The notes below the pieces were generated by a model. That model saw nothing but the letters and a program-made list of their open reading frames with translations. It was not told the origin of the DNA and did no database searches. This document shows positions 19,701-28,238 of a DNA stretch of 49,415 nucleotides, piece after piece. Made by a program: the position numbers and the translations under genes. The stretch is from Candidatus Aphodocola excrementigallinarum. Its GTDB lineage: Bacteria > Bacillota_I > Bacilli_A > RF39 > UBA660. The stretch lies in the NCBI GenBank assembly GCA_018714855.1, contig DVMT01000027.1, positions 1 to 49,415 of the forward strand. The letters run 5' to 3'. Position 1 is the stretch's first letter. Every line of letters starts with the position of its first letter.

Positions 19701-21410
19701 ATCATTAATAAAATCCTGACTTCTTACCATCTTAAAAGAATCAGTTATAACAAGATAAATCTTATCAAATGAATGAGGATTTAAATCCCTTTGGTTTGAC
19801 GCTTCTTTTCTCGCGTTAAATATCTTTTCTAGATATGAACAAACTATGTTATATTCCTCACTTTTAGAAGCAAATAAACGAATCGTTTTATCATCGTCAA
19901 AACAGTGTGGTAAATTCTTTATGTTTTCCCAAGTGTTTTTCTTATCATTATCAGTTAAAATAACTATTTTCAAATCTATATAACTATGGAAAGTTATTAT
20001 CTGAAACAAAAGTTTCTTCAAATAATCACTTCTATTATCATACTGACCAATTATAGAAGATATATAATTATCCATAAAAGAATATACAACAGGAACGTTT
20101 TTTAGTATCTTTGGCTCACGACTTAACTTATCCGCAACATCTTTAAGTTCATCTTCAACCATAGAAAATGACTCTTCAGGATAAGTTATTTTAAGCTTCA
20201 TAGGATAACTCCCAAAACCTAAACTGACTTTTAAAAAGTCTTCATCTTCTATTCTTTTTTGCCATAATACCGTTTCTTTATCAAGTATTATTTTGTTACA
20301 AGTAAGTAAATTAGGATAATTACGATTTAAAATATCAGTTTGATTATTTAATTCATCAATAATTTGCTTTCTTTTACCCTCAATATACTTAGTGTATTTA
20401 TCTATTCTTTCCTGTTCTTTTTTCTTTCTTCTTTTATTTTCAAACTTTCTTGTAATGGTTGGCCATAAAAGCGTCGATGCAACCATTGCAATAGACATAA
20501 CTATAGAAGGAAGTGCAGAAAGCATAGATGAATTACCACTTCTTAAATTTGCAATCGAAGTAAATGCCATAACCATTGATGACATACTCATAGTAAGCAT
20601 TGGTCCAACAGTTAAAATAACTGGCATATCTTGCTCTGGTTCTTTAGCAGGTGGAGCATCTATTTTTATTTCCTTTTCATTTAATTCAGATACAAAGCGG
20701 GGTGTTTTATGAAAATAATCATCATCTTTATACCACTTCATATCAATGTCTTCATCAGCTTCATTAAAACTATCTTCCACGTTATCATAATTAACCGTTG
20801 TAAGACCATTTACCATTAAACTATTACCATAATAATAAATGTTTAACTTAGCATTATACTGATACTTCATATAAACTATCTTTAAACCATTTATAAAGAT
20901 AACGTCTCCATACTCTAAAGCCTTTTTATCAAAAACCCTTAAATTATTTACATAAACACCATACCTATTAGAAGTAGCATATAAAAAATATTTACCGTTT
21001 TCAAAGACTAACTTTGCCTGATTCTGATCTAATCTATTAAATACAACGTTATTGTTGTTAGTACTACCGATAGATATAACAGGAGTTTGATTGGGATTAA
21101 CATAATAATCCACCATCTTATCATCATAAGAAGGAGCAACATAAATTAACATAGATTCATTAGTAGACGCATTTCTAACAGTATAAAAAGAGTATTCCTT
21201 TAAATCAAAAGCCGCTATATAATCATTATTAAAAACACAATAAAACTCCTGATTACTAATAAGCCTCCAAAGCCCATTTTCCTCAGTTATATTAAGTAAA
21301 TTAACCTCTTTACCAGCATCATCATAATCAGTAACCCAAAAGTTACCAGATGGCTCATCTGGTATATTTATACTTCTTATTCTATCCCTTTTTATTAATG
21401 AAACCCGCAT
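16752..21410 (-). CDS. essC: Type VII secretion ATPase EssC (YukB-like)
   Basis: N-terminal FHA-like region, two TM helices, [52 protein letters not shown], further FtsK-like domains. Confidence 0.96.
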   Translation of the reverse strand: [1552 protein letters not shown]

Positions 21411-21425
21411 TTTTACTCCTCCGTT

Positions 21426-21737
21426 TTACTTGACTTGATCATTTATATTAGTAAATTCAAAATTTCCTTTAAATAATTCATAATCCGTTAATTTATCATA
21501 TAGTTTAAAGGCTTCATCATCTGTAAAACCAATATCACTTATATATGCCGAAAAATTAGCTGATAAGTTACTCATTTTTTCGTTATATTCTTTATAACCA
21601 TTACCATCCCAATGTTCATTTTTATCTAAATCATTCACAATATTCTTAATATTATTAATACACGTTAACAACTCATTAGAAAAATAATTAAAGTAATCAT
21701 AAAGTTCTAATATTGTATTATAATCCATCTGTTGCAT
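21426..21737 (-). CDS. WXG100-like protein (second gene of pair 3), atypical C-terminus
   Basis: 103 aa, central WDG, N-terminal similarity to 24377..24667 and 23675..24004. Confidence 0.7.
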   Translation of the reverse strand: MQQMDYNTILELYDYFNYFSNELLTCINNIKNIVNDLDKNEHWDGNGYKEYNEKMSNLSANFSAYISDIGFTDDEAFKLYDKLTDYELFKGNFEFTNINDQVK

Positions 21738-21748
21738 AACTAATCACC

Positions 21749-22033
21749 TCAATCCGTTATAGGTTTATCATATGATTCTTTTAAAGCATCATATATGTCA
21801 TAAACTTTACTCAAAAAAGTATAATAATTATTAAGTTCACTTTCATATTTTTTTAAATCAACCAAAACATCATCATATTTTTTTAAAAAACTAGTCGCAT
21901 CATCACCTTGCCAACTTTGATTAACTACATCTAAATAAAGCTTGATTAGATTTATATTATCACTGATTTTATCTATGTTTTCTTTTATTGATGTAGCATC
22001 TTGGTTTAACTTATCAGATACAGCTATCTTCAC
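21749..22033 (-). CDS. WXG100 family protein (first gene of pair 3)
   Basis: WQGDDA motif; start reset to GTG 22033 downstream of GGAGG (MREVSS in the track is the translated RBS). Confidence 0.85.
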   Translation of the reverse strand: MKIAVSDKLNQDATSIKENIDKISDNINLIKLYLDVVNQSWQGDDATSFLKKYDDVLVDLKKYESELNNYYTFLSKVYDIYDALKESYDKPITD

Positions 22034-22102
22034 ACTACTAACCTCCCTCACAAAAAAAATGTTAATTATAACATTCTTTTGTCAAAGAGTTTAATAACTC
22101 TT
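22029..22102 (-). repeat. Double-hairpin + RBS leader, copy A
   Basis: Highly similar to 24301..24378; hairpins AAGAGTT-ATTA-AACTCTT and ACAAAAGAATGTTA-TAAT-TAACATTTTTTTTGT, then GAGGGAGGTTAGTAGT-start. Confidence 0.9.
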
Positions 22103-22106
22103 TTAA

Positions 22107-23651
22107 CTATTTATTTATAATTTCTTTTACACTAACCCAATTATTTGATGAAGCATTTGTGTTATTTAAATTTATAGCAACTTGTGCTTCATTAACATCA
22201 TATTTTTCACAGAATTCTCGAAATGACATATTACTTGCAAGTTCTGCATTTGAAACATTACCATTTTCATTTATCACAGCAAAACCTCTAACATTAGGAT
22301 TATTATCAATATATTGTGAAATGATTTCATTTGCAGTTTTATTAATAGATGGCCTTTGAGTTTCAGTAGTAGTAACTTTATCATTAGAAGAATTAATTTT
22401 AACTTGTTCTGTTGCTAATTCTTCCTGATTTTCATTTAATTCATTAACGCTTATCCAAGCTTGAGAAGTACCATTTTTATCAGATACGTCAACCGCAACT
22501 CTTCCTATATCAACACCATACTTTTCGCAGTATTCTTGTAGTGATAAGCCATCCGCTCTTTCAATATTGGATACCGTACCATCTTCATTTACTATAGCAA
22601 AACTTTTAAATTTTGAATTATCACTATTAACATATTTATTAATTAAATTACGTGTATCTCTTGCATTAACTGCATCAGCTGCTGACATATGTCCTTTGCT
22701 GACATCAAAATTACCAACTGAAGAACCAATCCTTATATCTGGATATTTAACCTCTTCAACTTTTGCGTTGCTTGCTAATTCATCATCTGAAACTCTGCCA
22801 GGTACCTTTGAAACATTTAATGCAGAATTAGTTTTATCTATTAAAATAAGTTCTGGCATAGTTGACTCTTGACTAGAATAGCCTGATGGACTACCACCGT
22901 TAGCAACGTTAGTACTTGAATAAACTGCTTTTAAAACATTTATTATTTCACTCCATTTATTTAAAATTATAGAATTGTTTTCTTTCATATAATGAAAAAT
23001 TTGATTAATTACATTTTTAAGAATTACAATAACATCGTTATCACATGAATATATATAACCGCTTTCAAACTCATCTATATATTTTGATTGTAATTCACGT
23101 GATAAATCCTCAAAATCATTATAATAGTTTTCGATTTTATCAATATTATAAATCCTATTATCTGTTGAAGAAGATGATAAAGAACCAGGATTTCCTTTTA
23201 AAGCATATCTATTAAAGATATCTATTAATTTCTGTTTTAATTCATTTTTTTTGTTTAAGGCATTGTTATACTCTTTTTTTAAAGAAGCATGCGTACGTCT
23301 TTGATTAGCATCATCATATTGTGCAGCATAAGGAGCACTTGTTTGTAAACTATTACTATTTTCAAAATTATAAAGTGCCATCTTCTTTTCACCAGAAATT
23401 ACCGCTTGCTTTTTATATTCATCTAAATTTGGTAGTGCATCAATACAGTTTTGTAAATACACTCTAAAATCATTAATAAACATTTCTTGACTAGCAATAG
23501 CATCTACTATTACGCTTTTGGTTATGCCAGTCCAAAAAGAATCTTTTAAATTGGAATTCAAATCGAAAAGTTTGTTAAAAAATTTGTCTAATGTTAACAA
23601 GTATTCTAAATCTTCTAAAACGCTATTTTTACTTACATCCTCTAATTTCAT
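22107..23651 (-). CDS. Putative T7SS substrate/effector: helical WXG/LXG-like N-terminus, linker, tandem ~72-aa C-terminal domain
   Basis: FWTG motif near N-terminus, position after a WXG100 pair, internal duplication aa ~336-408 vs ~443-514. Confidence 0.65.
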   Translation of the reverse strand: MKLEDVSKNSVLEDLEYLLTLDKFFNKLFDLNSNLKDSFWTGITKSVIVDAIASQEMFINDFRVYLQNCIDALPNLDEYKKQAVISGEKKMALYNFENSNSLQTSAPYAAQYDDANQRRTHASLKKEYNNALNKKNELKQKLIDIFNRYALKGNPGSLSSSSTDNRIYNIDKIENYYNDFEDLSRELQSKYIDEFESGYIYSCDNDVIVILKNVINQIFHYMKENNSIILNKWSEIINVLKAVYSSTNVANGGSPSGYSSQESTMPELILIDKTNSALNVSKVPGRVSDDELASNAKVEEVKYPDIRIGSSVGNFDVSKGHMSAADAVNARDTRNLINKYVNSDNSKFKSFAIVNEDGTVSNIERADGLSLQEYCEKYGVDIGRVAVDVSDKNGTSQAWISVNELNENQEELATEQVKINSSNDKVTTTETQRPSINKTANEIISQYIDNNPNVRGFAVINENGNVSNAELASNMSFREFCEKYDVNEAQVAINLNNTNASSNNWVSVKEIINK

Positions 23652-23674
23652 AAGACACCTCCATTATGTTAATT

Positions 23675-24004
23675 TTATAAATTATTATTGTTGTTAGACC
23701 AAGTAGTAACTTGATTATAATTATCTATAAAGTTATTCATTTTTTTATCCGTAGTTTTATAATTATCAGCAGCTGTCTTAAGATTGTTAATACAAGGCTC
23801 TAAATATACATTAATTATATCTTCAAACAAATCACAATTCTTCTTTAAATTATCACAGAAATAATCATTTGACCCATCAAATATGTTTTTTACTTTTTTT
23901 CTTACTTGTTTTATTCCATCCATGTCATCTAAAATTTGCTTTTTTAAGTTTTTAGTTTCTTCATAAAGTTCATTTACCTGTTCATAATTAATTTCAGTTT
24001 GCAT
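23675..24004 (-). CDS. WXG100-like protein (second gene of pair 2)
   Basis: 109 aa, helical, FDG in place of WxG, C-terminal YKTTD (YxxxD). Confidence 0.7.
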   Translation of the reverse strand: MQTEINYEQVNELYEETKNLKKQILDDMDGIKQVRKKVKNIFDGSNDYFCDNLKKNCDLFEDIINVYLEPCINNLKTAADNYKTTDKKMNNFIDNYNQVTTWSNNNNNL

Positions 24005-24014
24005 AAAAATCCTC

Positions 24015-24305
24015 CTAACGAGTTATATTAAGCCTAGTTCCTAATTTTTCTTCGATTTGTTTAAAAATAATATCGTAATGTGATAAATAATAATGATAAA
24101 GTAACATAACATTATAAAAAGTATCAATGTAAGGATAACATCTATTAAACGCATTTAACACACTTGTTGCATCATCACCTTTCCACACAGATGATAAAGA
24201 ATCAAATCTTTCTTTTAATTGATTTGTTTTTGAATGAATGCTTTCAATGCGTTCCTTCATTTGTGCACTTAATTGTATAAATTCACTATCAGATATTAGC
24301 TTCAT
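24015..24305 (-). CDS. WXG100 family protein (first gene of pair 2)
   Basis: WKGDDA motif; start reset to ATG 24305 after GGAGG. Confidence 0.85.
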   Translation of the reverse strand: MKLISDSEFIQLSAQMKERIESIHSKTNQLKERFDSLSSVWKGDDATSVLNAFNRCYPYIDTFYNVMLLYHYYLSHYDIIFKQIEEKLGTRLNITR

Positions 24306-24378
24306 ACTACTAACCTCCCTCACAAAAGAATGTTAAAATTAGCATTCTTTTGTCAAAAAGTTTAATTATTAAACTCTT
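24301..24378 (-). repeat. Double-hairpin + RBS leader, copy B
   Basis: Highly similar to 22029..22102. Confidence 0.9.
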
Positions 24379-24667
24379 ATTTTTGACCTGATACTGCTCT
24401 ATCAACTGCTTGATATCTAGCAACTGTATTCTTAAGATATGTAGAACAATCAGTTATAGCTTCATAGAATTCATGAAATTTTGCAGCCAAAGTATTAAAT
24501 TCCGCTTTAGCTTGTTCAGCAGCGTCTCCACTCCATACTCCATCAGTTCCTACCTTATCCATTTCAGGCTTAATAGATTCTTCTAATAAAGATTGCATAG
24601 AACTAGCTTTTTGTCCTAACTGATCTGCTATACTACTTATTTCTGTATAAGATAATCCTGAGAACAT
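24377..24667 (-). CDS. WXG100 family protein (second gene of pair 1)
   Basis: 96 aa, VWSGDAA, C-terminal YQAVD (YxxxD). Confidence 0.9.
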   Translation of the reverse strand: MFSGLSYTEISSIADQLGQKASSMQSLLEESIKPEMDKVGTDGVWSGDAAEQAKAEFNTLAAKFHEFYEAITDCSTYLKNTVARYQAVDRAVSGQK

Positions 24668-24677
24668 TTTATCCCTC

Positions 24678-24965
24678 CTACTTTATTGTGTTTTCTTCCA
24701 TTGCTTTTTGGTATGCGTTACCTACTTGGATTAAATATGATCCAACTTCATCAATTGTTTGTTGCAACTTATTCATTACTTGTGCTTGTTCTGTTATTTC
24801 ACTAGTATATTTTGTTGCATCATCACCTTGCCAACTTCTTTTCAAACTATCATTAAGATTTTGAATTTCACCTAATAACTTTTTGAAATCTCCAGCATAG
24901 TTTTGAATAGCAGTTCCAGTTTGTCTTGTTTTTTCATAATCAATGTTTAAACTAGTCATTGCCAT
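24678..24965 (-). CDS. WXG100 family protein (first gene of pair 1)
   Basis: 95 aa, SWQGDDA, helix-turn-helix hairpin pattern. Confidence 0.92.
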   Translation of the reverse strand: MAMTSLNIDYEKTRQTGTAIQNYAGDFKKLLGEIQNLNDSLKRSWQGDDATKYTSEITEQAQVMNKLQQTIDEVGSYLIQVGNAYQKAMEENTIK

Positions 24966-24979
24966 AACCTTTCACCTCC

Positions 24980-25228
24980 TTATACCATCATTATTCGTGC
25001 CCCGTTTTTTATTCCGCTGTCTTTGACGTATACGTTGTTTGAATATTCCATGCCAGTGTCTATATCAAAAAAAAGATACGTTTTTTCCTTAAGTATTCCT
25101 CCAGATAATTCATGGATACTTTTTATAACGTACTTCTTTATGGTACCCATTTTCTTATTAATAGGTATAAACAAATCAAAATTTTGTTCTATAGACGGAA
25201 CTTCAATTGAAATAAGTAACTTATTCAT
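24980..25228 (-). CDS. EsaB/YukD ubiquitin-like T7SS protein
   Basis: 82 aa, FDLFIP...SGIKNGARIMMV ubiquitin-like pattern; first gene of the WXG100/essC operon. Confidence 0.82.
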   Translation of the reverse strand: MNKLLISIEVPSIEQNFDLFIPINKKMGTIKKYVIKSIHELSGGILKEKTYLFFDIDTGMEYSNNVYVKDSGIKNGARIMMV

Positions 25229-25291
25229 TCATATACGCCTCCATGTGCATAACCGTAAAAGAAGCATACCTGTCTATCTTTTACTATGTTA

Positions 25292-25346
25292 ATAATAACA
25301 TCCCCACGTCTTTCGGTCAATATTTTCTGTCTTTTTATGGAAAAAA
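25292..25346 (-). promoter_or_regulatory. Sigma-A-type promoter of the T7SS operon (TTGACC-17-TATTAT, extended TG) including copy 2 of the motif shared with 7262..7298
   Basis: -35 at 25320-25315 and -10 at 25297-25292 on the minus strand. Confidence 0.7.
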
Positions 25347-25395
25347 ATGACAATTTTTGTCGTTTTTTGTCATTTTTTTATTATTTTTATTGCAT

Positions 25396-25421
25396 AAAAA
25401 AAGAAGCCTTATGACTTCTTT
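25396..25421 (-). terminator. Intrinsic terminator after the HerA gene
   Basis: AAGAAGTC-ATAA-GGCTTCTT-TTTTT. Confidence 0.75.
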
Positions 25422-27411
25422 AGTACCATAATCTTGATACATCAACGTTCTGACTCATTGGTTGTGGATATGGCATTTCTAACTTAACAATTGTTGGAAG
25501 CTTGAATGCTGATCCAAACACAACACAAGTACCAGGCTGTAATCCTTTCATTTTTTCTACTATCTCATCGGTTATGAAAGGCACCATCTGTTTAATAAAC
25601 TGCACGTCTTTAGGATGCTGCATTTTAAATATTAAAAAGTTAGAGCACTGTGATAATACGGTTTCACTCATCTCTGAAGGTCTTTGTGAGATGAGTCCTA
25701 AAATAACACCGTACTTTCTTCCTTCTTTTGCAATTCTATCAAATATGTTATATCCAAGTATTTTAGTATCAGAATCTTGTTGTACGTAACGGTGTGCTTC
25801 TTCTAATATTAAGTGTACTGGAAATGATCCTCTTTGTTGAAGTTTAGACGTAAAGTCAAATAATAATTTTGCATATATCTTACATATTGTTTTTGCAAGT
25901 CTATCATCTAGATAACTTATGTTTATATTAATTATTTGAGCTCGTGCGCCATTAGGGGCCGTAATTAGCTCTTTTATAAAGGTTTGTTTATCAATGTATT
26001 TATCAACCTTAAAATACTCAGCGTATTCACCCTTAATTAAAGAGTCTAACCTTACTTTAAGTACGTTTGCTTTATCATATAGTTTATCACTTTTTAAAAT
26101 ACCTTCTGATATTAAAGCAAATTCAAATGCCTCTCTTAGGTTTTCTAAGGTAAAAGGAATCGTTCCATCTGGTAATTCTAGTTTTAAGTCATCGTTTATA
26201 AATTTCTTTATAAATTCTGTTACAAGCTGCATCTCCCCTATTTTACCTTCTTTATCAATTATTAAACATTGTCTTAAGCTTCTTATGTAACCAGGTTGTG
26301 CAATAGGTGTTTCTAAGTTTAAATCCGGTGTGTTAAAAGACGTTAATATTGCAAATATCTGGTCATGTATCTGTGATGCACTGCCGCCGGAATATAAAAC
26401 CTCTAGTATTGCTTTTGCAATTATATCGTTTTTATAAACCTTGGTTTCTTCTTCATTTCCAGAAAACACGGTAACTAATCTTAAGGCTTTTTCAATTATT
26501 GGTAATTGGGTTGGATCCTCGGCTTCAAGCAAAAGAGCAAAATCATCAACGTCTAAAAGCCATAAAGGTAATTTTATTAAAGAATTTGGATTTGTTCTTA
26601 CGTTCGTCGAATATCTTTTAAATTGAACGCTACTATTTGGAATCGATAAAGCACTTTCATACTCACCATAAGCATCAAATATAAACACGCAGGCGTTTCT
26701 TGGAGCTTGATTAGTGTTAAAGAAAATGTTTTGAAATATTCTTGCAACACCACAAGACTTACCAGAACCAGTATTTCCAAAAATAGCAAAATGGTTACTA
26801 AAAAACGTGTTAGTAGGAACGTAAGCAGGGGTATTATTATAAAGTGGCATAGTACCTATTAATACCTTTTTAAGTACGTTATTTTGATCATCTACCACGA
26901 TCATTTTAGTTTCTTCATCAGTTGCGGCAAAGCACCTATTACCAATTGATGGCTTAGTAAGTACTCCAGGAACAAACCTTACGCCTTGTATTTCTCCTAT
27001 TAACGTTATTTGTCCACTGTCCTGGTTTAAACTTATTAAGGTTCCAACTATTCTTTGGTTTGTATTAGTTACAAAAATAACATGATGATCAAGCAAATTC
27101 TTTTCAAAAGCTAAAGAAGAAGTAACTTTAATTGTTACGCTATCAACCCCAACGTTTTGTACGATACCAATTTCATTTGGCATAGGCTGATAAACTGGTT
27201 CTTGAGGCTTATCATCTTGCTTACTAGTATCTATGCTACCTACATCATCAGTTTCTACTTTCTCTTCCCTGCTTTTTTCATCTTCATTATTTTCACTTGC
27301 ATTTAAATCAGTTTTTTCCTCTTCATTTAAATCATCAGATAAAACATTATCCTCGTTTATTTCTTCAACGTCTTCAATTGTGTCTAATTCATTATCTTGC
27401 ATGTTTTTCAC
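25420..27411 (-). CDS. HerA/DUF87 family ATPase with acidic N-terminal extension
   Basis: HFAIFGNTGSGKS, IFDAYGEY, LEEAHRY, IAKEGRKYG, SQRPSE, SQCSN. Confidence 0.92.
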   Translation of the reverse strand: MKNMQDNELDTIEDVEEINEDNVLSDDLNEEEKTDLNASENNEDEKSREEKVETDDVGSIDTSKQDDKPQEPVYQPMPNEIGIVQNVGVDSVTIKVTSSLAFEKNLLDHHVIFVTNTNQRIVGTLISLNQDSGQITLIGEIQGVRFVPGVLTKPSIGNRCFAATDEETKMIVVDDQNNVLKKVLIGTMPLYNNTPAYVPTNTFFSNHFAIFGNTGSGKSCGVARIFQNIFFNTNQAPRNACVFIFDAYGEYESALSIPNSSVQFKRYSTNVRTNPNSLIKLPLWLLDVDDFALLLEAEDPTQLPIIEKALRLVTVFSGNEEETKVYKNDIIAKAILEVLYSGGSASQIHDQIFAILTSFNTPDLNLETPIAQPGYIRSLRQCLIIDKEGKIGEMQLVTEFIKKFINDDLKLELPDGTIPFTLENLREAFEFALISEGILKSDKLYDKANVLKVRLDSLIKGEYAEYFKVDKYIDKQTFIKELITAPNGARAQIININISYLDDRLAKTICKIYAKLLFDFTSKLQQRGSFPVHLILEEAHRYVQQDSDTKILGYNIFDRIAKEGRKYGVILGLISQRPSEMSETVLSQCSNFLIFKMQHPKDVQFIKQMVPFITDEIVEKMKGLQPGTCVVFGSAFKLPTIVKLEMPYPQPMSQNVDVSRLWY

Positions 27412-27483
27412 CCCTATTTATCTACTTTACAAAATAATTATAACATTTGTTTAAAAAAAATAAAATATTTATTTAAAACTAAG

Positions 27484-27512
27484 TTGACATTTATATAACC
27501 TAAATGTAATAT
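27484..27512 (+). promoter_or_regulatory. Sigma-A-type promoter for the ABC operon
   Basis: TTGACA (27484-27489), 17-nt spacer, TAATAT; AAAGGAGG RBS downstream. Confidence 0.6.
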
Positions 27513-27536
27513 AATAACTAGAAAAGGAGGGTTTTT

Positions 27537-28238
27537 ATGGCTTATATTGAATTTAAATTAGTATGTAAAAATTATGATAGCAACGAAAAAGAAATCAAAG
27601 CTTTAAAAAAAGCCAGCTTTGAAATAGATAAAGGACAATTAGTAGTCATAACGGGCCCTTCGTTATCTGGTAAAACAACTATTTTAAACATTTTAGGTGG
27701 ATTAGATAAACAAACCAGTGGCAACGTTATTGTAGACGGTATCAGCCTAGATAAATTAAAAGGAAGAAAGCTTACTAAATACAGAAGAAACTACGTTGGT
27801 TTAATATTAGATGATTTTAATTTACTTAATAATTTAACATTGTTAGAAAACGTTGAGCTTTCAAGTCAAATATCTAAAGAAAAAAAGGAACCTACTAGCA
27901 TTATAAAAAAACTTTCTTTAACTAAGAAAAAAGATGATTTTATTTACATGTTAACAAAAGAAGAAAAGAAAAAAACTTTAATAGCAAGAGCAATATGTAA
28001 AAACCCAAAACTTATTTTATGTGATAATATAACCGATAACTTAGACGAAAAAAGCAAAAAACAAGTTTTAAAACTTTTACAAAGCTTAAGCAAAAAGGAT
28101 AAAACAACAATTATAATAGCAACTAATGATGAAAGCATACTTCCTATTGCAAATAAAATCATCACTTTAAAAAACGGAACCATATCAGATGTTAAAGTAA
28201 ATAAAAAACCTAAATCAGTAGGTGATCTTACATGGTGA
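27537..28238 (+). CDS. LolD/MacB-type ABC ATP-binding protein with degenerate motifs
   Basis: Walker A GPSLSGKT, IARAI, LILCD; signature, catalytic Glu and H-loop altered. Confidence 0.85.
   Translation: MAYIEFKLVCKNYDSNEKEIKALKKASFEIDKGQLVVITGPSLSGKTTILNILGGLDKQTSGNVIVDGISLDKLKGRKLTKYRRNYVGLILDDFNLLNNLTLLENVELSSQISKEKKEPTSIIKKLSLTKKKDDFIYMLTKEEKKKTLIARAICKNPKLILCDNITDNLDEKSKKQVLKLLQSLSKKDKTTIIIATNDESILPIANKIITLKNGTISDVKVNKKPKSVGDLTW

Noticed and set aside
22065-22085. TTGACA and TATAAT inside the duplicated T7SS leader as an internal promoter
   Set aside because: Spacer is only 9 nt and TATAAT is absent in copy B; better explained as hairpin sequence.
22034-24323. Shared MREVSS N-terminal peptide as a secretion signal
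   Set aside because: It is the translated RBS (GAGGGAGG); true starts are most likely 22033 and 24305.
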